From Thermoproteota archaeon (GTDB lineage Archaea; Thermoproteota; EX4484-205; JAAOZP01): 26,139 bases of DNA. The position numbers and the translations under genes were made by a program. Location of the stretch: contig JBNAVT010000027.1 of assembly GCA_049700215.1 (NCBI GenBank), positions 1-26,139 of the forward strand, in the 5' to 3' direction. Positions 1 through 10,900 of the stretch are shown piece by piece. Position 1 is the first letter of the stretch. Every line of letters starts with the position of its first letter. The notes below the pieces were generated by a model. That model ran no database searches, was not told where the DNA came from, and worked only from the letters and a program-made list of their open reading frames with translations.

Positions 1-718
1 CAAAGGGCCAGAGCCATGCAGTGTCTATGTGCGCATGGGCGAGTGCAACCATGTCCCCCCTCTTACCATATTTTTCAACAAGATCGCTCAGCCTGCTTAA
101 GAGCAGGCTGAGCGCCCTCCCGTATTTTTCCAGACCCTGCTCTTCAACATATATTGAAGCAATATCGGCGGACAATAATCTTGGAACGCTGTCGAGCCCT
201 CCTATCATCGCTTTGAAAGCAGTGGCTAGGTAAACCTGCTCTTTAGAAACTGTTTCGAAAGGAGCCTCTTTAAGAGCCTCGCTCAGAACCCTTAGAAGAT
301 CCTGCTTAAGCTCCTCATCCCTAGTTGCACGGGCTAGTTCTAAAACTGACCTTCCGTATACCCAGAGCTTCAAAGCCTCCATGTTTCTGTTGACGCTCAC
401 AGGCCTGCCCGGGTGAACATCCACTTTTTCACCGAACGCGAGGAAAGGAGAGAACTCGGCCTCAATCACGTGATTTCCATCTGGAACGGGTATTGCGTAA
501 TGGTAACCGTCTAAGGCGAAATATGGTTTCGAATCCAGCTTCACTAACGCGGAACCCTTGTAATCCAGCACTACCAGCTGAAAGTTTTCCCCTGTAGCGT
601 TTAAAGCTATTGTCGCCCTGTTGTTGGCGAAAGAGTCCCAGTCGAGGACCCTGATGTTCCTGAAGGATGCTGCGTGCAAGAGGGCGAGTCTTGCTTCAAG
701 CTCCTGAACACTCCGCAT
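1..718 (-). CDS. GH38 alpha-mannosidase, N-terminal part (runs off the left edge; not in ORF track)
   Basis: Manual translation from ATG at 718 stays open for 239 codons: MRSVQELEARLALLHAASF...KRGDMVALAHAHIDTAWLWPF. HAHIDxAWLWP is the GH38 Zn-binding motif. Confidence 0.9.
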   Translation of the reverse strand, partial: MRSVQELEARLALLHAASFRNIRVLDWDSFANNRATIALNATGENFQLVVLDYKGSALVKLDSKPYFALDGYHYAIPVPDGNHVIEAEFSPFLAFGEKVDVHPGRPVSVNRNMEALKLWVYGRSVLELARATRDEELKQDLLRVLSEALKEAPFETVSKEQVYLATAFKAMIGGLDSVPRLLSADIASIYVEEQGLEKYGRALSLLLSRLSDLVEKYGKRGDMVALAHAHIDTAWLWPF

Positions 719-741
719 GAAGCATTTCAGTTACAGCATTC

Positions 742-754
742 ATATAAATCTTTT
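742..754 (-). promoter_or_regulatory. Archaeal BRE/TATA promoter of the left-edge GH38 gene
   Basis: The minus strand reads AAAAGA-TTTATAT, ending about 24 nt upstream of ATG 718. This spacing fits a leaderless transcript. Confidence 0.6.
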
Positions 755-798
755 GAAAGTATTTTACGTATCAAGGATTGATTGAAGCGTGGGAACGA

Positions 799-1557
799 TC
801 ATTCTCTTATGAAATGGCCCGCCCCCACTCTGAACATTCTCATGGGTTCCACACATCTTCCTCCTCTTCTACCTTCCTTTCTCAAGCTTTTCACCAACTC
901 TCCCCTTACTTCCTCCAAACCCTTCTTTAAAAGATCCTCTGGAAGGGACAGAGGTAGTTGGCTCTCATGTTTCAGGATTGCTTCAGCCTTTTTTTCTATA
1001 AACCTGGTGATGTCGATGAAGAGGTTCGGGCTGCCCGTCGCGAACAAGAGTATGGCATCAGGCTTGTGAGGCGCTATTCCTGAAAAAACCTGCTCCCTGT
1101 AAAAGTTTGGCATGCCTGCGAAAACCGTCGCCTCAGAAGCCATGAGTCCGGTAACCCTGTGGTCGGGGTGTATCTCGTAGGGAAGCCAAGCGTCTAGCGT
1201 CATAACAATATTCGGCTTAACCATTCTTATTATTTCAACAAGCCTTCCCCTTAATTCTAGAGAAGGATAAAGGTCGCCGTCAGGATATCCTAGGAAGAAC
1301 AACTCCTTTACTCCAAGCACGTCTGCCGCAGCCCTCTGCTCCTTCCTCCTAGTCTCGCTTAAAACCTTGGGGTCCACGTTCACGTCGAAAGTTCCCTTGC
1401 TTCCGTCAGTCACAGTAGCGTAGTTCACGACGCACCCTTCTTCAACCATCCTTGCTATGGTTCCGCCAGCATGGTATTCCGCATCATCAGGATGCGCCTG
1501 GATAACTAAAACCCTATCTCCTCTCCTCCATATCCTACTCGTCTTTACTCGCGCCAT
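799..1557 (-). CDS. PIG-L/LmbE-family de-N-acetylase, diacetylchitobiose deacetylase (Dac)-like
   Basis: It has the Zn motifs AHPDDAE and HPDH, plus TDGSKG, RRKEQ and HESQ. DAWLPYEIHPDH resembles Thermococcales Dac as I recall it. ATG 1557 is preferred over GTG 1572 because of the TATA-like box at about 1577-1584. Confidence 0.85.
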   Translation of the reverse strand: MARVKTSRIWRRGDRVLVIQAHPDDAEYHAGGTIARMVEEGCVVNYATVTDGSKGTFDVNVDPKVLSETRRKEQRAAADVLGVKELFFLGYPDGDLYPSLELRGRLVEIIRMVKPNIVMTLDAWLPYEIHPDHRVTGLMASEATVFAGMPNFYREQVFSGIAPHKPDAILLFATGSPNLFIDITRFIEKKAEAILKHESQLPLSLPEDLLKKGLEEVRGELVKSLRKEGRRGGRCVEPMRMFRVGAGHFIRE

Positions 1558-1576
1558 GGCTTTAGCAAGCACAGGC

Positions 1577-1616
1577 TAAATAAAAAATCTTCGCTAGAAA
1601 AGAACACTTATATAAG
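1577..1616. promoter_or_regulatory. Back-to-back promoters for the deacetylase (-) and the 650-aa gene (+)
   Basis: TTTATTTA on the minus strand (about 1577-1584) and CTTATATAAG on the plus strand (1607-1616) each lie about 20-28 nt from their start codon. Confidence 0.55.
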
Positions 1617-1635
1617 GCTGGAGAAGCAGAGCCTC

Positions 1636-3588
1636 ATGCGAAGGCTAATCCTGTGTTGTTCACCTGAAAACGACCTTTATAAGGTGCTTGCAGCAGCCGG
1701 GAAACCACTGATACGTTATGACTGTTTAAACGAGGCTGTTAACAATGCTTCTCGCGGTGACGTTTTGCTCGCCCTAGCCGACTCTTATCCTGTTCCAAGG
1801 CTTATAGTGGAGCCCATTCTGCTGGAGAAGATTAAAGAGGAAGAATTAATGCTTTACGCAGAGTATCCGTTAGCGCTTCCCGGCATTATTTTCGGTGAGC
1901 CGCGAAGCGTGGAGTGGGAAAGGCTAGTCGTCGCTTCAAGGCTTTTCGAGCCTGAGATTCCCAGAATGAGTATATTGAACATGCATGACTGCTGGTTCCT
2001 ACCTGTTGAAAAAAGGGTTTCCCATCTTGTGCTGGCGAGGGTTGCGGGATATGATGAAGCGGTTTTCGGCCTTCCCGGGGAATTCTATCCAGTCTTATTC
2101 AACTACTCTGAGAACATAATGGTTTCGACAAGTAAGCTGAGCCAATTTAAAACTGGACGGTATGCCCCCAGCAACGCTTGGAGGCTACTGTGGGCGAGGC
2201 TGCTTAAATTTTTAACCGGGGAAACACATGATTTATCGTGGACTCCAACTGTTAGAACAGCATTCGGAAAGGGTGAGACATTACCCGCGAATGTGGAGCA
2301 AGAAGCTTACCGGAGGTCTGTAGAATGGTTCCGGAAGCATGTTCTCTTCGGCGTTGAAAGAAACAGAGGAGTTATCGAGGGCTACCAGTCCAACATTGAT
2401 TACGAGGGTCATCAGCTTAAGAGAGTGCTCGTGCGTTCAGACTGCTTGGCGGAAGCAGCCATGGTGTTTGCCTACGACTGGAGGATAACGGGAAACCCGA
2501 GGAGCAGGCTGATCGCCACCAGGATCTTGGACTACCTATGGTCTTTCCAGCAGTCTGAAAAGAATAGTCCCGCATACGGATTGGTAAACTGGATGGAGGG
2601 GCTTCCCGTCTTCTACGGAGACGATAATGCGAGAGTCATTCTTTCAACCCTCTCTGCCAGCAACAGTCTGGAGGAGGACCGGTGGGATAGGGCTCTAGCC
2701 CTCTGCCTACTTGCAAACTTCAGGACCACTGGCCCGCTCGGGTTCAGGAAGGACAGGATCGACCTTCCGGACCTGCTTAGAAACGGGTGGGAATACTATT
2801 GGAAAAACCCTGTCACCTCGTATTCGCCGCACTACCAGGCTTACCTCTGGGCCTGCTTCCTATGGGGTTTCCTACTAACGGGGTACTGCGGCTTCCTAGA
2901 GAAAACGTTGAACGCTATCCGCATGACTGTTGAAAAATATCCTTACTGGAGATGGACAAATGGGCTCACGCAAGAACTGGCTAGGATGGCTCTGCCATTA
3001 GCATTCTTAATCCGGGTCGAGGATAAACCGGAATACAGGATGTGGATTGATAAGATTGCCGGAGACCTGGTTTCTCAGCAGCAGGCGTGTGGCGCTATCA
3101 GGGAGCTTCTGGGTCCCGAGGGAAGAGGGCAATACCCTCCGCCGGGTTCGAATGAACAATACGGTACGACTGAGGCGCCAATAATCCAGGAGAACGGGGA
3201 TCCTGCGTGCGACATGCTTTACACTTCCAACTTCGCCTTTCTCGGGCTTCACGAGCTGGCTTCTACATGCGGTAGCCTGAGTTTTGAAAAGGCTGAAGAC
3301 GAGCTGGCAAGGTTCCTATGCAGGATACAGCTTCGTTCAGACGCCCATCCCTATTTAGACGGCTGCTGGATGCGGGGCTTTGATTACGAGAAGTGGGAGT
3401 ACTGGGGGAGCTCGTCAGACACGGGCTGGGGTGCGTGGAGCGTTGAATCAGGCTGGATGAACAGCTGGATTGCAGCCGTGTTCGCAATGCGCCTGCTTAA
3501 CGAGGGGCTTCTAAACCTTAAAAGGGCTAGTGAGTTTAAACAAAGGTTTGAAGAAGTTTCCGACGTAATGTTGCCGTCGGAAGAATAG
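1636..3588 (+). CDS. Uncharacterised 650-aa protein with a probable six-hairpin (alpha/alpha)6 glycosidase-like C-terminal domain
   Basis: Long ORF with its own promoter. The Trp/Tyr-rich C-terminal half carries RSDCLAE, FYGDDNAR, WTNGLTQELARM, DMLYTSNF and WSVESGW. No signal peptide. The fold is inferred. Confidence 0.6.
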   Translation: MRRLILCCSPENDLYKVLAAAGKPLIRYDCLNEAVNNASRGDVLLALADSYPVPRLIVEPILLEKIKEEELMLYAEYPLALPGIIFGEPRSVEWERLVVASRLFEPEIPRMSILNMHDCWFLPVEKRVSHLVLARVAGYDEAVFGLPGEFYPVLFNYSENIMVSTSKLSQFKTGRYAPSNAWRLLWARLLKFLTGETHDLSWTPTVRTAFGKGETLPANVEQEAYRRSVEWFRKHVLFGVERNRGVIEGYQSNIDYEGHQLKRVLVRSDCLAEAAMVFAYDWRITGNPRSRLIATRILDYLWSFQQSEKNSPAYGLVNWMEGLPVFYGDDNARVILSTLSASNSLEEDRWDRALALCLLANFRTTGPLGFRKDRIDLPDLLRNGWEYYWKNPVTSYSPHYQAYLWACFLWGFLLTGYCGFLEKTLNAIRMTVEKYPYWRWTNGLTQELARMALPLAFLIRVEDKPEYRMWIDKIAGDLVSQQQACGAIRELLGPEGRGQYPPPGSNEQYGTTEAPIIQENGDPACDMLYTSNFAFLGLHELASTCGSLSFEKAEDELARFLCRIQLRSDAHPYLDGCWMRGFDYEKWEYWGSSSDTGWGAWSVESGWMNSWIAAVFAMRLLNEGLLNLKRASEFKQRFEEVSDVMLPSEE

Positions 3589-3604
3589 CTTTCGAAACCA
3601 GTGT

Positions 3605-4945
3605 CTATCTCATGGATACTCTTGCCGCAACTATTAACGGGTCCCAAACAGGGTTGAAAGGCGGAGCATAGGGCAAATCCGAAAATACGAGTTGTTCCGG
3701 AGTAAACCTGTTCATTATTGCCAGTGTTAACACTGCAATCCTTCCCCAAACCCCTTCGTAACCGATTATCTGCCCCCCGATGATCACGCCACTCGCCTTC
3801 TCGAGAACCAGCTTAACCCAGAGATCCTTACCACCCGGATAGTAGCCAGCCCTTGACCCAGCCTTAATTAAAACACTCTTCGTTTCAACACCATGCTTTT
3901 TAGCCTCCTCTTCTCCAACACCTGTCCTGCCTATTTCAAGGTTGAAAACCTTGGTGACGGCACTCCCCACCACGCCGGGAAACTCCTCGCTTCCACCTGC
4001 TGCATTAGCGCCTGCAACATAACCCATTTTGTTAGCTGTTTGAGCCAGAGGAACGTAGACAGGCTTGTTCAAAACCACGTGGTTCGCCTCGCTGTTGTCT
4101 CCTGCGGCGAACACTCCTTTCACACTGGTTTCCATCCTGCTATTTGTCTTTATCGCCCCGCTCCCGCCCAGTTCAACACCTATTTTCTTCGCTAAGGCAA
4201 CATTGGGCCTTACGCCGACAGCGATGACCACAAGGTCTGTCTCATACTCGGCGTCCTCCGTAAAAACCTTTTCAACCCTTCCGGTTCCTTTAAACCCCAG
4301 AACCCTCTTATTCAGCTCAAGCCTGACACCATTCTTTTTAAGCTCCCGGCTTACTATCTCAGCCAGCTCAGGGTCAATATTTGGCATTGGACGCGGCAGA
4401 AGCTCAAGGATCGTAACCTCTTTACCGACCCTCTTAAAATTCTCAGCCAGTTCCAAACCTATGTATCCAGCACCAATTATCGTGATTTTCTTTGAGCAAG
4501 CCATGTCCTCCTTAAGCTTAACCGCACCGTCGAGGAAACGAACAGTGTAAACCCCATCGAGGCCTAGTCCCTCCATTTTAGGAATTAGAGGCCTAGCGCC
4601 TGTTGCTAGAACAAGGGTGTCAAACCCTGTCTCCATTTCCACGCCTTTTTCAGAAACGTAAACCACTTTTTTCGAAGAAACGTTAACGTCCCTAACGTAA
4701 GAGTTTGTAAGGACTTCCACCTTTCTGCTCCTCCTAAACTCGTCAGGAGTATAGGTTACTAGTTTTGAAACGTCTTCAACAAGTCCCCCTAGGTAGTAGG
4801 GTATTCCGCAGGAGCCATAAGAAACATGTCTAGAAGCCTCTAGCACAGTTATGTCTGCAGTGGGGTTAACCCTCCTAGCGCTTGCCGCGGCAGCCATGCC
4901 GGCAGCCCCGCCTCCGATCACAACTATTTTCAAATGACTGCTCAC
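3605..4945 (-). CDS. cdr: CoA-disulfide reductase / NADH oxidase family flavoprotein
   Basis: FAD motif GGGAAG, single redox Cys in SYGSCGIPY, ATG motif, NAD(P)H motif GAGYIG, GD motif (FAAGD) and C-terminal YAPPF. Confidence 0.85.
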   Translation of the reverse strand: MSSHLKIVVIGGGAAGMAAAASARRVNPTADITVLEASRHVSYGSCGIPYYLGGLVEDVSKLVTYTPDEFRRSRKVEVLTNSYVRDVNVSSKKVVYVSEKGVEMETGFDTLVLATGARPLIPKMEGLGLDGVYTVRFLDGAVKLKEDMACSKKITIIGAGYIGLELAENFKRVGKEVTILELLPRPMPNIDPELAEIVSRELKKNGVRLELNKRVLGFKGTGRVEKVFTEDAEYETDLVVIAVGVRPNVALAKKIGVELGGSGAIKTNSRMETSVKGVFAAGDNSEANHVVLNKPVYVPLAQTANKMGYVAGANAAGGSEEFPGVVGSAVTKVFNLEIGRTGVGEEEAKKHGVETKSVLIKAGSRAGYYPGGKDLWVKLVLEKASGVIIGGQIIGYEGVWGRIAVLTLAIMNRFTPEQLVFSDLPYAPPFNPVWDPLIVAARVSMR

Positions 4946-5235
4946 TGACGAAGGTTCATTCAGTTACTATTAAGTTTTAATCGAATTTTAAAATTCCAAA
5001 TATCTTGATGCTTAATCCTCAGTTTTTCCAAATCCGCGTGTCTCACTATTTGAGGCGCCTCCCTCTAGGCAAATAACGCTTCCACTTCCCAGAATCCCAG
5101 CCTCCACAGTAAGGTCTAAGAGCGGTAGCAAGGCATTAGTCCAAACCGTTTTCTAAACGTGCGCTGTTTAAAACTTGCGATTACGCTGCCTCTTGGAAAT
5201 AAACTTAATAAATAAGCATTGACAAAATATCGTAA

Positions 5236-6354
5236 ATGACTCCTATCGTAAGAAACTTGAAGCTTGAGGAATGGGATGACTTCATGAGGTTTCTCGAAAG
5301 ATGCTATGGTCATTCTAGAAACTTTTTCCCCAATCGCTTTCCGCAGCTATACAGACGGGAAGAGGAGGCTCTACAATCATTCATGATTGTGGAGGCAGAT
5401 GGGAGAATAGTTTCGCATGTCGGATTATTTCCCCTCGAGCTGGTTAGCCTAGGGGCCTGCATGACGGTTGGGGGTATTGGCGGCGTTTCAACTCTACCAG
5501 GGGAAAGGAATAAGGGCTACATGTCTATGCTATTAAAACACGCTGGCAACGCGATGAAGCAGAAGGGCTGGCCGCTGTCCGTCCTCTGGGGGGACAGGCA
5601 GAGATACTATTCCTTCGGATGGGATATCGCTGGGTTAAAATACTTGTTGACAATAACGGCTCGCTCCCTTGAAAGGGCTGGCGTTAAGCCTGTTGAAGTT
5701 GAGGAGGTTTCCCCCGAGGAGGCTGCGCCCAAAGTAGAGCGTCTACACAGCACTCTTAAAATGAGGGTTAAAAGGAAACACCATTTTCTAACCTTGAAGA
5801 AACAGGGAATAAGAATATGGTTGGGGAAAGAAGGATATGTTGTTTCCTCCGGAGAAATCGGCTCGCCCAAGATACTTGAAGTCGTCTCGACGGAGGGAAA
5901 AGAGCCAGAATTAGTTAGAAGTGTTATGGAGCGCTGTTACGGGGACTCCGCCTCCGTGGAGGTTAACGCGTTTGATGTAGAGCGGCTTGAACGCTTGCTC
6001 AAGGCAGCTTCATGCTGGGAGATAATTCCCGAGGGGCTTTTTAGGATTATAGACGTAACTGGCTTGCTTAAAGCATTCGAAAAAGTCCTCTCAAGCAGGG
6101 CGGAAACAGTTAGGGATTTCGAGCTCTCCATCGGGTTAAGGCTGGGTGACGATGTTGATACCGTTACAGTTTTTGCAAGCAAAGGCATGGTTAATGTTGA
6201 AAAAGGCAGGATTTCGAAAAACTATGTCGAGCTGGATGAGCGTGAAGCTGTGCGTATTTTTCTCGGAGGCACAGTGCCGAATGCCAAGAAATTGGGAGAA
6301 TTGAGCATGCTGCTTCCCTTGCCAGTACATGTTCCGCCTCTAGATCATGTTTAA
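5236..6354 (+). CDS. Eis-like GNAT N-acetyltransferase with a C-terminal SCP2-like domain
   Basis: GIGGVSTLPGERNKGYMSMLL is the acetyl-CoA motif A, followed by SVLWG...YYSFGW. The 372-aa length fits the Eis architecture. A TTAATAAA box lies at about 5205-5212. Confidence 0.8.
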   Translation: MTPIVRNLKLEEWDDFMRFLERCYGHSRNFFPNRFPQLYRREEEALQSFMIVEADGRIVSHVGLFPLELVSLGACMTVGGIGGVSTLPGERNKGYMSMLLKHAGNAMKQKGWPLSVLWGDRQRYYSFGWDIAGLKYLLTITARSLERAGVKPVEVEEVSPEEAAPKVERLHSTLKMRVKRKHHFLTLKKQGIRIWLGKEGYVVSSGEIGSPKILEVVSTEGKEPELVRSVMERCYGDSASVEVNAFDVERLERLLKAASCWEIIPEGLFRIIDVTGLLKAFEKVLSSRAETVRDFELSIGLRLGDDVDTVTVFASKGMVNVEKGRISKNYVELDEREAVRIFLGGTVPNAKKLGELSMLLPLPVHVPPLDHV

Positions 6355-6403
6355 AATCGGATTAAACCCTTTCTGAAAGGCGAGTTCAGGTTAACTATAG
6401 TTT

Positions 6404-6694
6404 ATGGCCTATCTTCCCATATTTCTGGCGGAACGGGCACGCGTAAACAGGCGGGTAGCGATGTATAGTGCTTTATTTCAGTATATGCTCGGGTTCTTTC
6501 TTCTAGCGCGTGGTCTTTACCTGCATGCCGCAAGACAATCAAATGCGTCTTTAGAGGCCCTGATTATTTTAGCCGTAATGGCTATAGCTATTAGCATCAT
6601 AAGCTTTTTATCACCCGTAAGGCCTTGCTGGAGACGTTCAAAGAAGCCAGCTCGATTTCAGACTAAGACGAATCCACATCAGATTAATAAATAG
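6404..6694 (+). CDS. Small hydrophobic ORF, possibly a transporter remnant
   Basis: Two hydrophobic stretches (ALFQYMLGFFLLA; ALIILAVMAIAISIISFL). No clear promoter and no recognisable family. Confidence 0.3.
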   Translation: MAYLPIFLAERARVNRRVAMYSALFQYMLGFFLLARGLYLHAARQSNASLEALIILAVMAIAISIISFLSPVRPCWRRSKKPARFQTKTNPHQINK

Positions 6695-6829
6695 GCGAAC
6701 GTTTTTTGAACTTCGACATCATGGCTGCGAATACAATGAAAAGATGGAAGCACCCTAATGGTGGAGGCATGGTTGAGAGAGGGTTGGTAGACTCGATATG
6801 GTTGACAATGCAAATAGTGCTGCAAACAG

Positions 6830-7891
6830 GTGGCGACTTTGGATAGGGTTGAAAGAGTCTATCGGGCTTTAAAGGTTGAGGAGGCTGATAAAGTACCTAA
6901 GGGAGAGCTTGGAATACATGATGAGCTTGTCTCCGCGCTTCTCGGTGAGCCTGCGGGAAGCTCTTTCGAAGCCCATGTAAGGGTTAGAAGACTGCTTAAC
7001 ATGGATCTGGTGAATCTAGGGTTGGAGGGCGGGCCTAAGGTGGAGATCATAGGAGTGACGGAGAAGGGGTATCCAATATACAGGAATTGGCTTGGAGTAG
7101 AGTGGGTTGAAAGCGGTAAAACGCGGCGCTACTTGAAACATGCTCTTTCCACTGTGGAGGATATGGAGCATTTCTACATGCCCAGCGTAAATCTGTACAA
7201 TACTTCAAGTATAAGAAGATGGGTGGAGCAGACTGATTTCTGCGTGTTCGCTCAAGTAGGCGGGGTGTTCGACTCAATATACCCATACATGGGGTTGACG
7301 AATTATGTTAAAGCACTCTACCTATGCCCCGATGCTCTGAAACACGTGATTGAAGAGGCCTACAGGTTCAACCTGGAAGTCATAAAAATGTTTGCTGAAG
7401 CAGGGGCGCATGTGATACTGGTTGGCGACGACCTAGCGTACAACAACGGTCCCTTCATTCCTCCGGGCCTTCTCAGAAAATACGTGTTCCCATACTTGGC
7501 CGGCGAGGCTGAGGCTGCACATAGGCTCAATCTCCCCGTTATACTGCATTCAGACGGCAATATCACGCTATTAATGGAGGATATTGTTAAGGCCGGGTTT
7601 GACGGTTTACACAGTCTTCAACCGAGCGCTGGCGTTGACATAGTTGATATTAAGAAGCGTTGGGGGGATAGGCTGTGTTTAATGGGAAACGTTGACCTAG
7701 ACTCCCTACTGACCCTCGGTAAACCGGAGGATGTGGAGGCAGAGGTTAAACGACTAGTGCGTGAAGCGGCTCCGGGTGGCGGCTACATTTTAAGCACGAC
7801 TAACGTGTTAACCAGATATGTGCCGCCTGAGAACGCCTTGGCAATGTACAGGGCTGCCGAGAAGTACGGTAGATACCCGATAAATATTTGA
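6830..7891 (+). CDS. URO-D/MtaA/CmuA-fold protein (paralog 1)
   Basis: GDDLAYNNGPFIPP, ILHSDGN, LMGNVD and GGGYILSTTN...PPENALAM are typical of the family. The UroD motif MRQAGR is absent. Confidence 0.85.
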   Translation: MATLDRVERVYRALKVEEADKVPKGELGIHDELVSALLGEPAGSSFEAHVRVRRLLNMDLVNLGLEGGPKVEIIGVTEKGYPIYRNWLGVEWVESGKTRRYLKHALSTVEDMEHFYMPSVNLYNTSSIRRWVEQTDFCVFAQVGGVFDSIYPYMGLTNYVKALYLCPDALKHVIEEAYRFNLEVIKMFAEAGAHVILVGDDLAYNNGPFIPPGLLRKYVFPYLAGEAEAAHRLNLPVILHSDGNITLLMEDIVKAGFDGLHSLQPSAGVDIVDIKKRWGDRLCLMGNVDLDSLLTLGKPEDVEAEVKRLVREAAPGGGYILSTTNVLTRYVPPENALAMYRAAEKYGRYPINI

Positions 7892-7926
7892 CACAGGCAT
7901 CAGCAGGTCAGTCTTCGTTTTAACTC

Positions 7927-7939
7927 AAACTTTATATAT
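7927..7939 (+). promoter_or_regulatory. BRE/TATA promoter of the full-length GH38 gene
   Basis: AAAC-TTTATATAT ends about 22 nt upstream of ATG 7961. Confidence 0.65.
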
Positions 7940-7960
7940 GTAGACTCGTTTTGCAGACTG

Positions 7961-10900
7961 ATGGCTGAACTCGATGAAGTTGAGAAACTTAGGGTAAAGC
8001 TGGAAAACACTTATCGAAGGCTGGCTGACTACCGGTCTAAATTGTCCTGGAGGTTTTTCCAAGGGAGTTTGGGAGAAGCTTATAGTAAGGATTTTGACGA
8101 TTCCTCATGGAAGACTGTTTCACTCCCTTTTCAATGGGATCCGTCTAAAGGTGACGTGTGGCTGAGGTGTAAAATAGTTATTCCGGATGAGATTGAGGGG
8201 GTCAAAGTATCGGGTTCAAAAGTCGAGCTGTATTCTTCAGCGATGATAACAGGCGGCGAGGTTTTCGTCGACTCTAAGCTTGTCTTGAAGGAGGACTACT
8301 GGACTGATTTCCGGGGTCCCCGGATAACCATTACGGAGAAAGCAAGACCCGGAGACACTCATGTTGTTGCTATACATGCATTCGAGAAAAGACCATTTGC
8401 AAGGGGGGAGAAAAAGGGCGTACCATTGTTCCACATAGGGTATTATGCTGTTGACGACGCTGCGTTTGAAATAGAGACTTTTATTCAAGAGTTGAATTTC
8501 ACCCGAATCCTGCCGGGTGGGCTGGAGACATTGAGAAAGGTTGTTGACGATTTCGACTACAGCGTCTTTTCACGCGACGTTGAAAGCATCCTGATGGAAA
8601 TAGAGAAGGCGAGACAGAAGCTAAGAGCAGTTTCCAAGCATGCTAAAGAGTTTAAAGTTCACCTCGTGGCGCATGCCCATATTGACATGAATTGGCTCTG
8701 GCCCTGGGAGGACACTGTGAAAGTCATTGAGAGAGACTTCTCGACGATGTTGTCTCTTATGGACAAGTATCCTGAGTTCCACTTCTCTCAGAGCCAGGCG
8801 GTGACCTACAGGACCATGGAGGAGAAAAACCCTGCTCTATTCGAAAAAATAAGGCAGAAAATCCACTCTGGAAACTGGGATGTCACGGCTTCAATGTGGG
8901 TTGAGGCAGATCTTAACATGATAGGAGAGGAAACACTGGCTAGACAAATCCTTTACTCGAAAAGATACGTGAAGGAGAAGCTCGGCTTCGAAACAAGAGT
9001 AGGATGGGAACCGGATACTTTCGGCCACATCTGGACTCTTCCACAGGTCTTCAAGAAAGCAGGAGTGGACTACTACTATTTCATGAGGTGTGGAAGAGGA
9101 TACCCGATGTTCTGGTGGGAGGGCCCCGATGGCTCAAGGCTACTGGCTTTCAACAGCGTCTACAATAATACTGTTACTCCTAGGAATATTGTTGAGACCG
9201 CGAGGCTCTTCTATGAGAAATATGGTTTGAAGACGAGCATGTTCGTCTATGGGGTTGGGGACCACGGGGGTGGTGCGACTCTTGAGGATATAAATTCTGC
9301 TTTAAAAATGAGGGATAAGCCAGCCATGCCTGACGTGGTCTTCAGCTCGACACACCGGTTTTTCAACGAGGTTTCAAGCGAGAACCCTGAATTGCCAGTA
9401 GTCAGGGATGAGCTTAACTTCACTTTCGACGGGTGCTACACGACTCACGCCGACATTAAGCGTTACAACAGGCTTTGTGAAAGATACTTGGTTGACGCCG
9501 AGAAGCTTTCAGCAGTCTCAGGGCTTTCTGCGGGAGAAAAGCTTAAAGAAGCTTGGGAGAAGACGCTGTTCAACCAGTTCCACGATATTCTGGACGGGAG
9601 CGCGTTCCACGAATCATACTCCTACTCAGGCCGCTTGGCGGAGGAAGCGCTTGCGGCTGCAAAGGAAGTGTTGGAGCAATCCATCAGGGAAATAGCTGGC
9701 AGGATAGGGTTCTCTCAAGAAGGATTAGCGATAATCGTTTTCAACACTCTAGCCTGGGATAGAAAAGACGTAGCAAGGGTGAAAATACCCAGGGAGATGG
9801 TTCCGAGAAACCCTGTGGTTAAGGATAGGCATGGGAAGCAGCATCCTGCTCAGATTGATGGCGACGAGCTTGTTTTCATCGCAGACGTGCCTAGCCTAGG
9901 CTACTCTACCTACTACCTTGCTGAAGGGCACGAGGGCAAGCGTAATCAAGCGGAAGGAGGGGAGATGGTGCTTGAAAACGAGTTTTTCAAAGTTGAAGTT
10001 GATCGTGATTCTGGAGCGATAAGTTCTGTTTACGACAAGACAGGCAGGTTTGTAGCAAAGGCTTTCAGGAATGAAGCCACGCGGCCGGAGTTCAGCAACC
10101 TGTTTCAAGTGTTCCATGAGGCTCCACACGGTATGTCGGCTTGGATAATAGGGCCGATAACTAGAGTGGAAAACCTGATCACCGGGGCCGAAGTCAAACC
10201 GGTTGAGAAAGGCCCCGTGGTGTCAAGGATTAGCACTGCACGAAGATACAGAGATTCAACCATAACTCAGGAAATAGTGTTGTATACAGGGATTCCCAGG
10301 ATTGATTTCAAAACGACGATTGAATGGCGGGAAGTGTCTGACGCGTTCACAGATGCCCCAATGTTGAAAGTCTCTTTCTCCCCTGTCTTAGGCTCCTCGG
10401 TTGCAACTTTCGAGATCCCCTTCGGAAGCATTTCTAGGACTGCTGACGGGAGAGAGTTTCCGGCTTTAAGATGGATTGACCTCTCGGACGGTGAATACGG
10501 AGTTAGCTTGCTGAACGATTGTAAATACGGGTTTGACGTGTGCGGTAATACGATGAGGATGACGGTACTCAGAACAAGCTATAGTCCAGATCCAACCCCT
10601 GATCAGGGCCGTCATGAACTTAAATACTCACTGTACCCTCACGCTGGAGACTGGAGAAAAGCCCTAGCCTTCAGAAAAGGCTACGAGCTTAACCATCCGT
10701 TTGAAACTGTTGCGGTGCCTTCGAGAATATCTCAAGGGGATCTTCAAGAAGAAGCATCATTCTTAAGAATAAAGCCTGAAAACATAGTGTTGTCCTGTCT
10801 AAAGCTGGCTGAGGACTCTGATGACATTATAATCAGGATTTACGACGCAACTGGGGAAGGAGGCGAGGCGGAAATTACTCCAGGTTTTCCAGTTGCAGAG

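Noticed and set aside
5166-5174. SurR box GTTn3AAC near cdr
   Set aside because: A single 6-bp-information match about 220 nt from the cdr start is expected by chance, and SurR is known from Thermococcales.
6700-6829. Possible remnant of another URO-D C-terminus upstream of paralog 1
   Set aside because: The resemblance (..MVEAW..) needs several assumed indels and is too weak to call.
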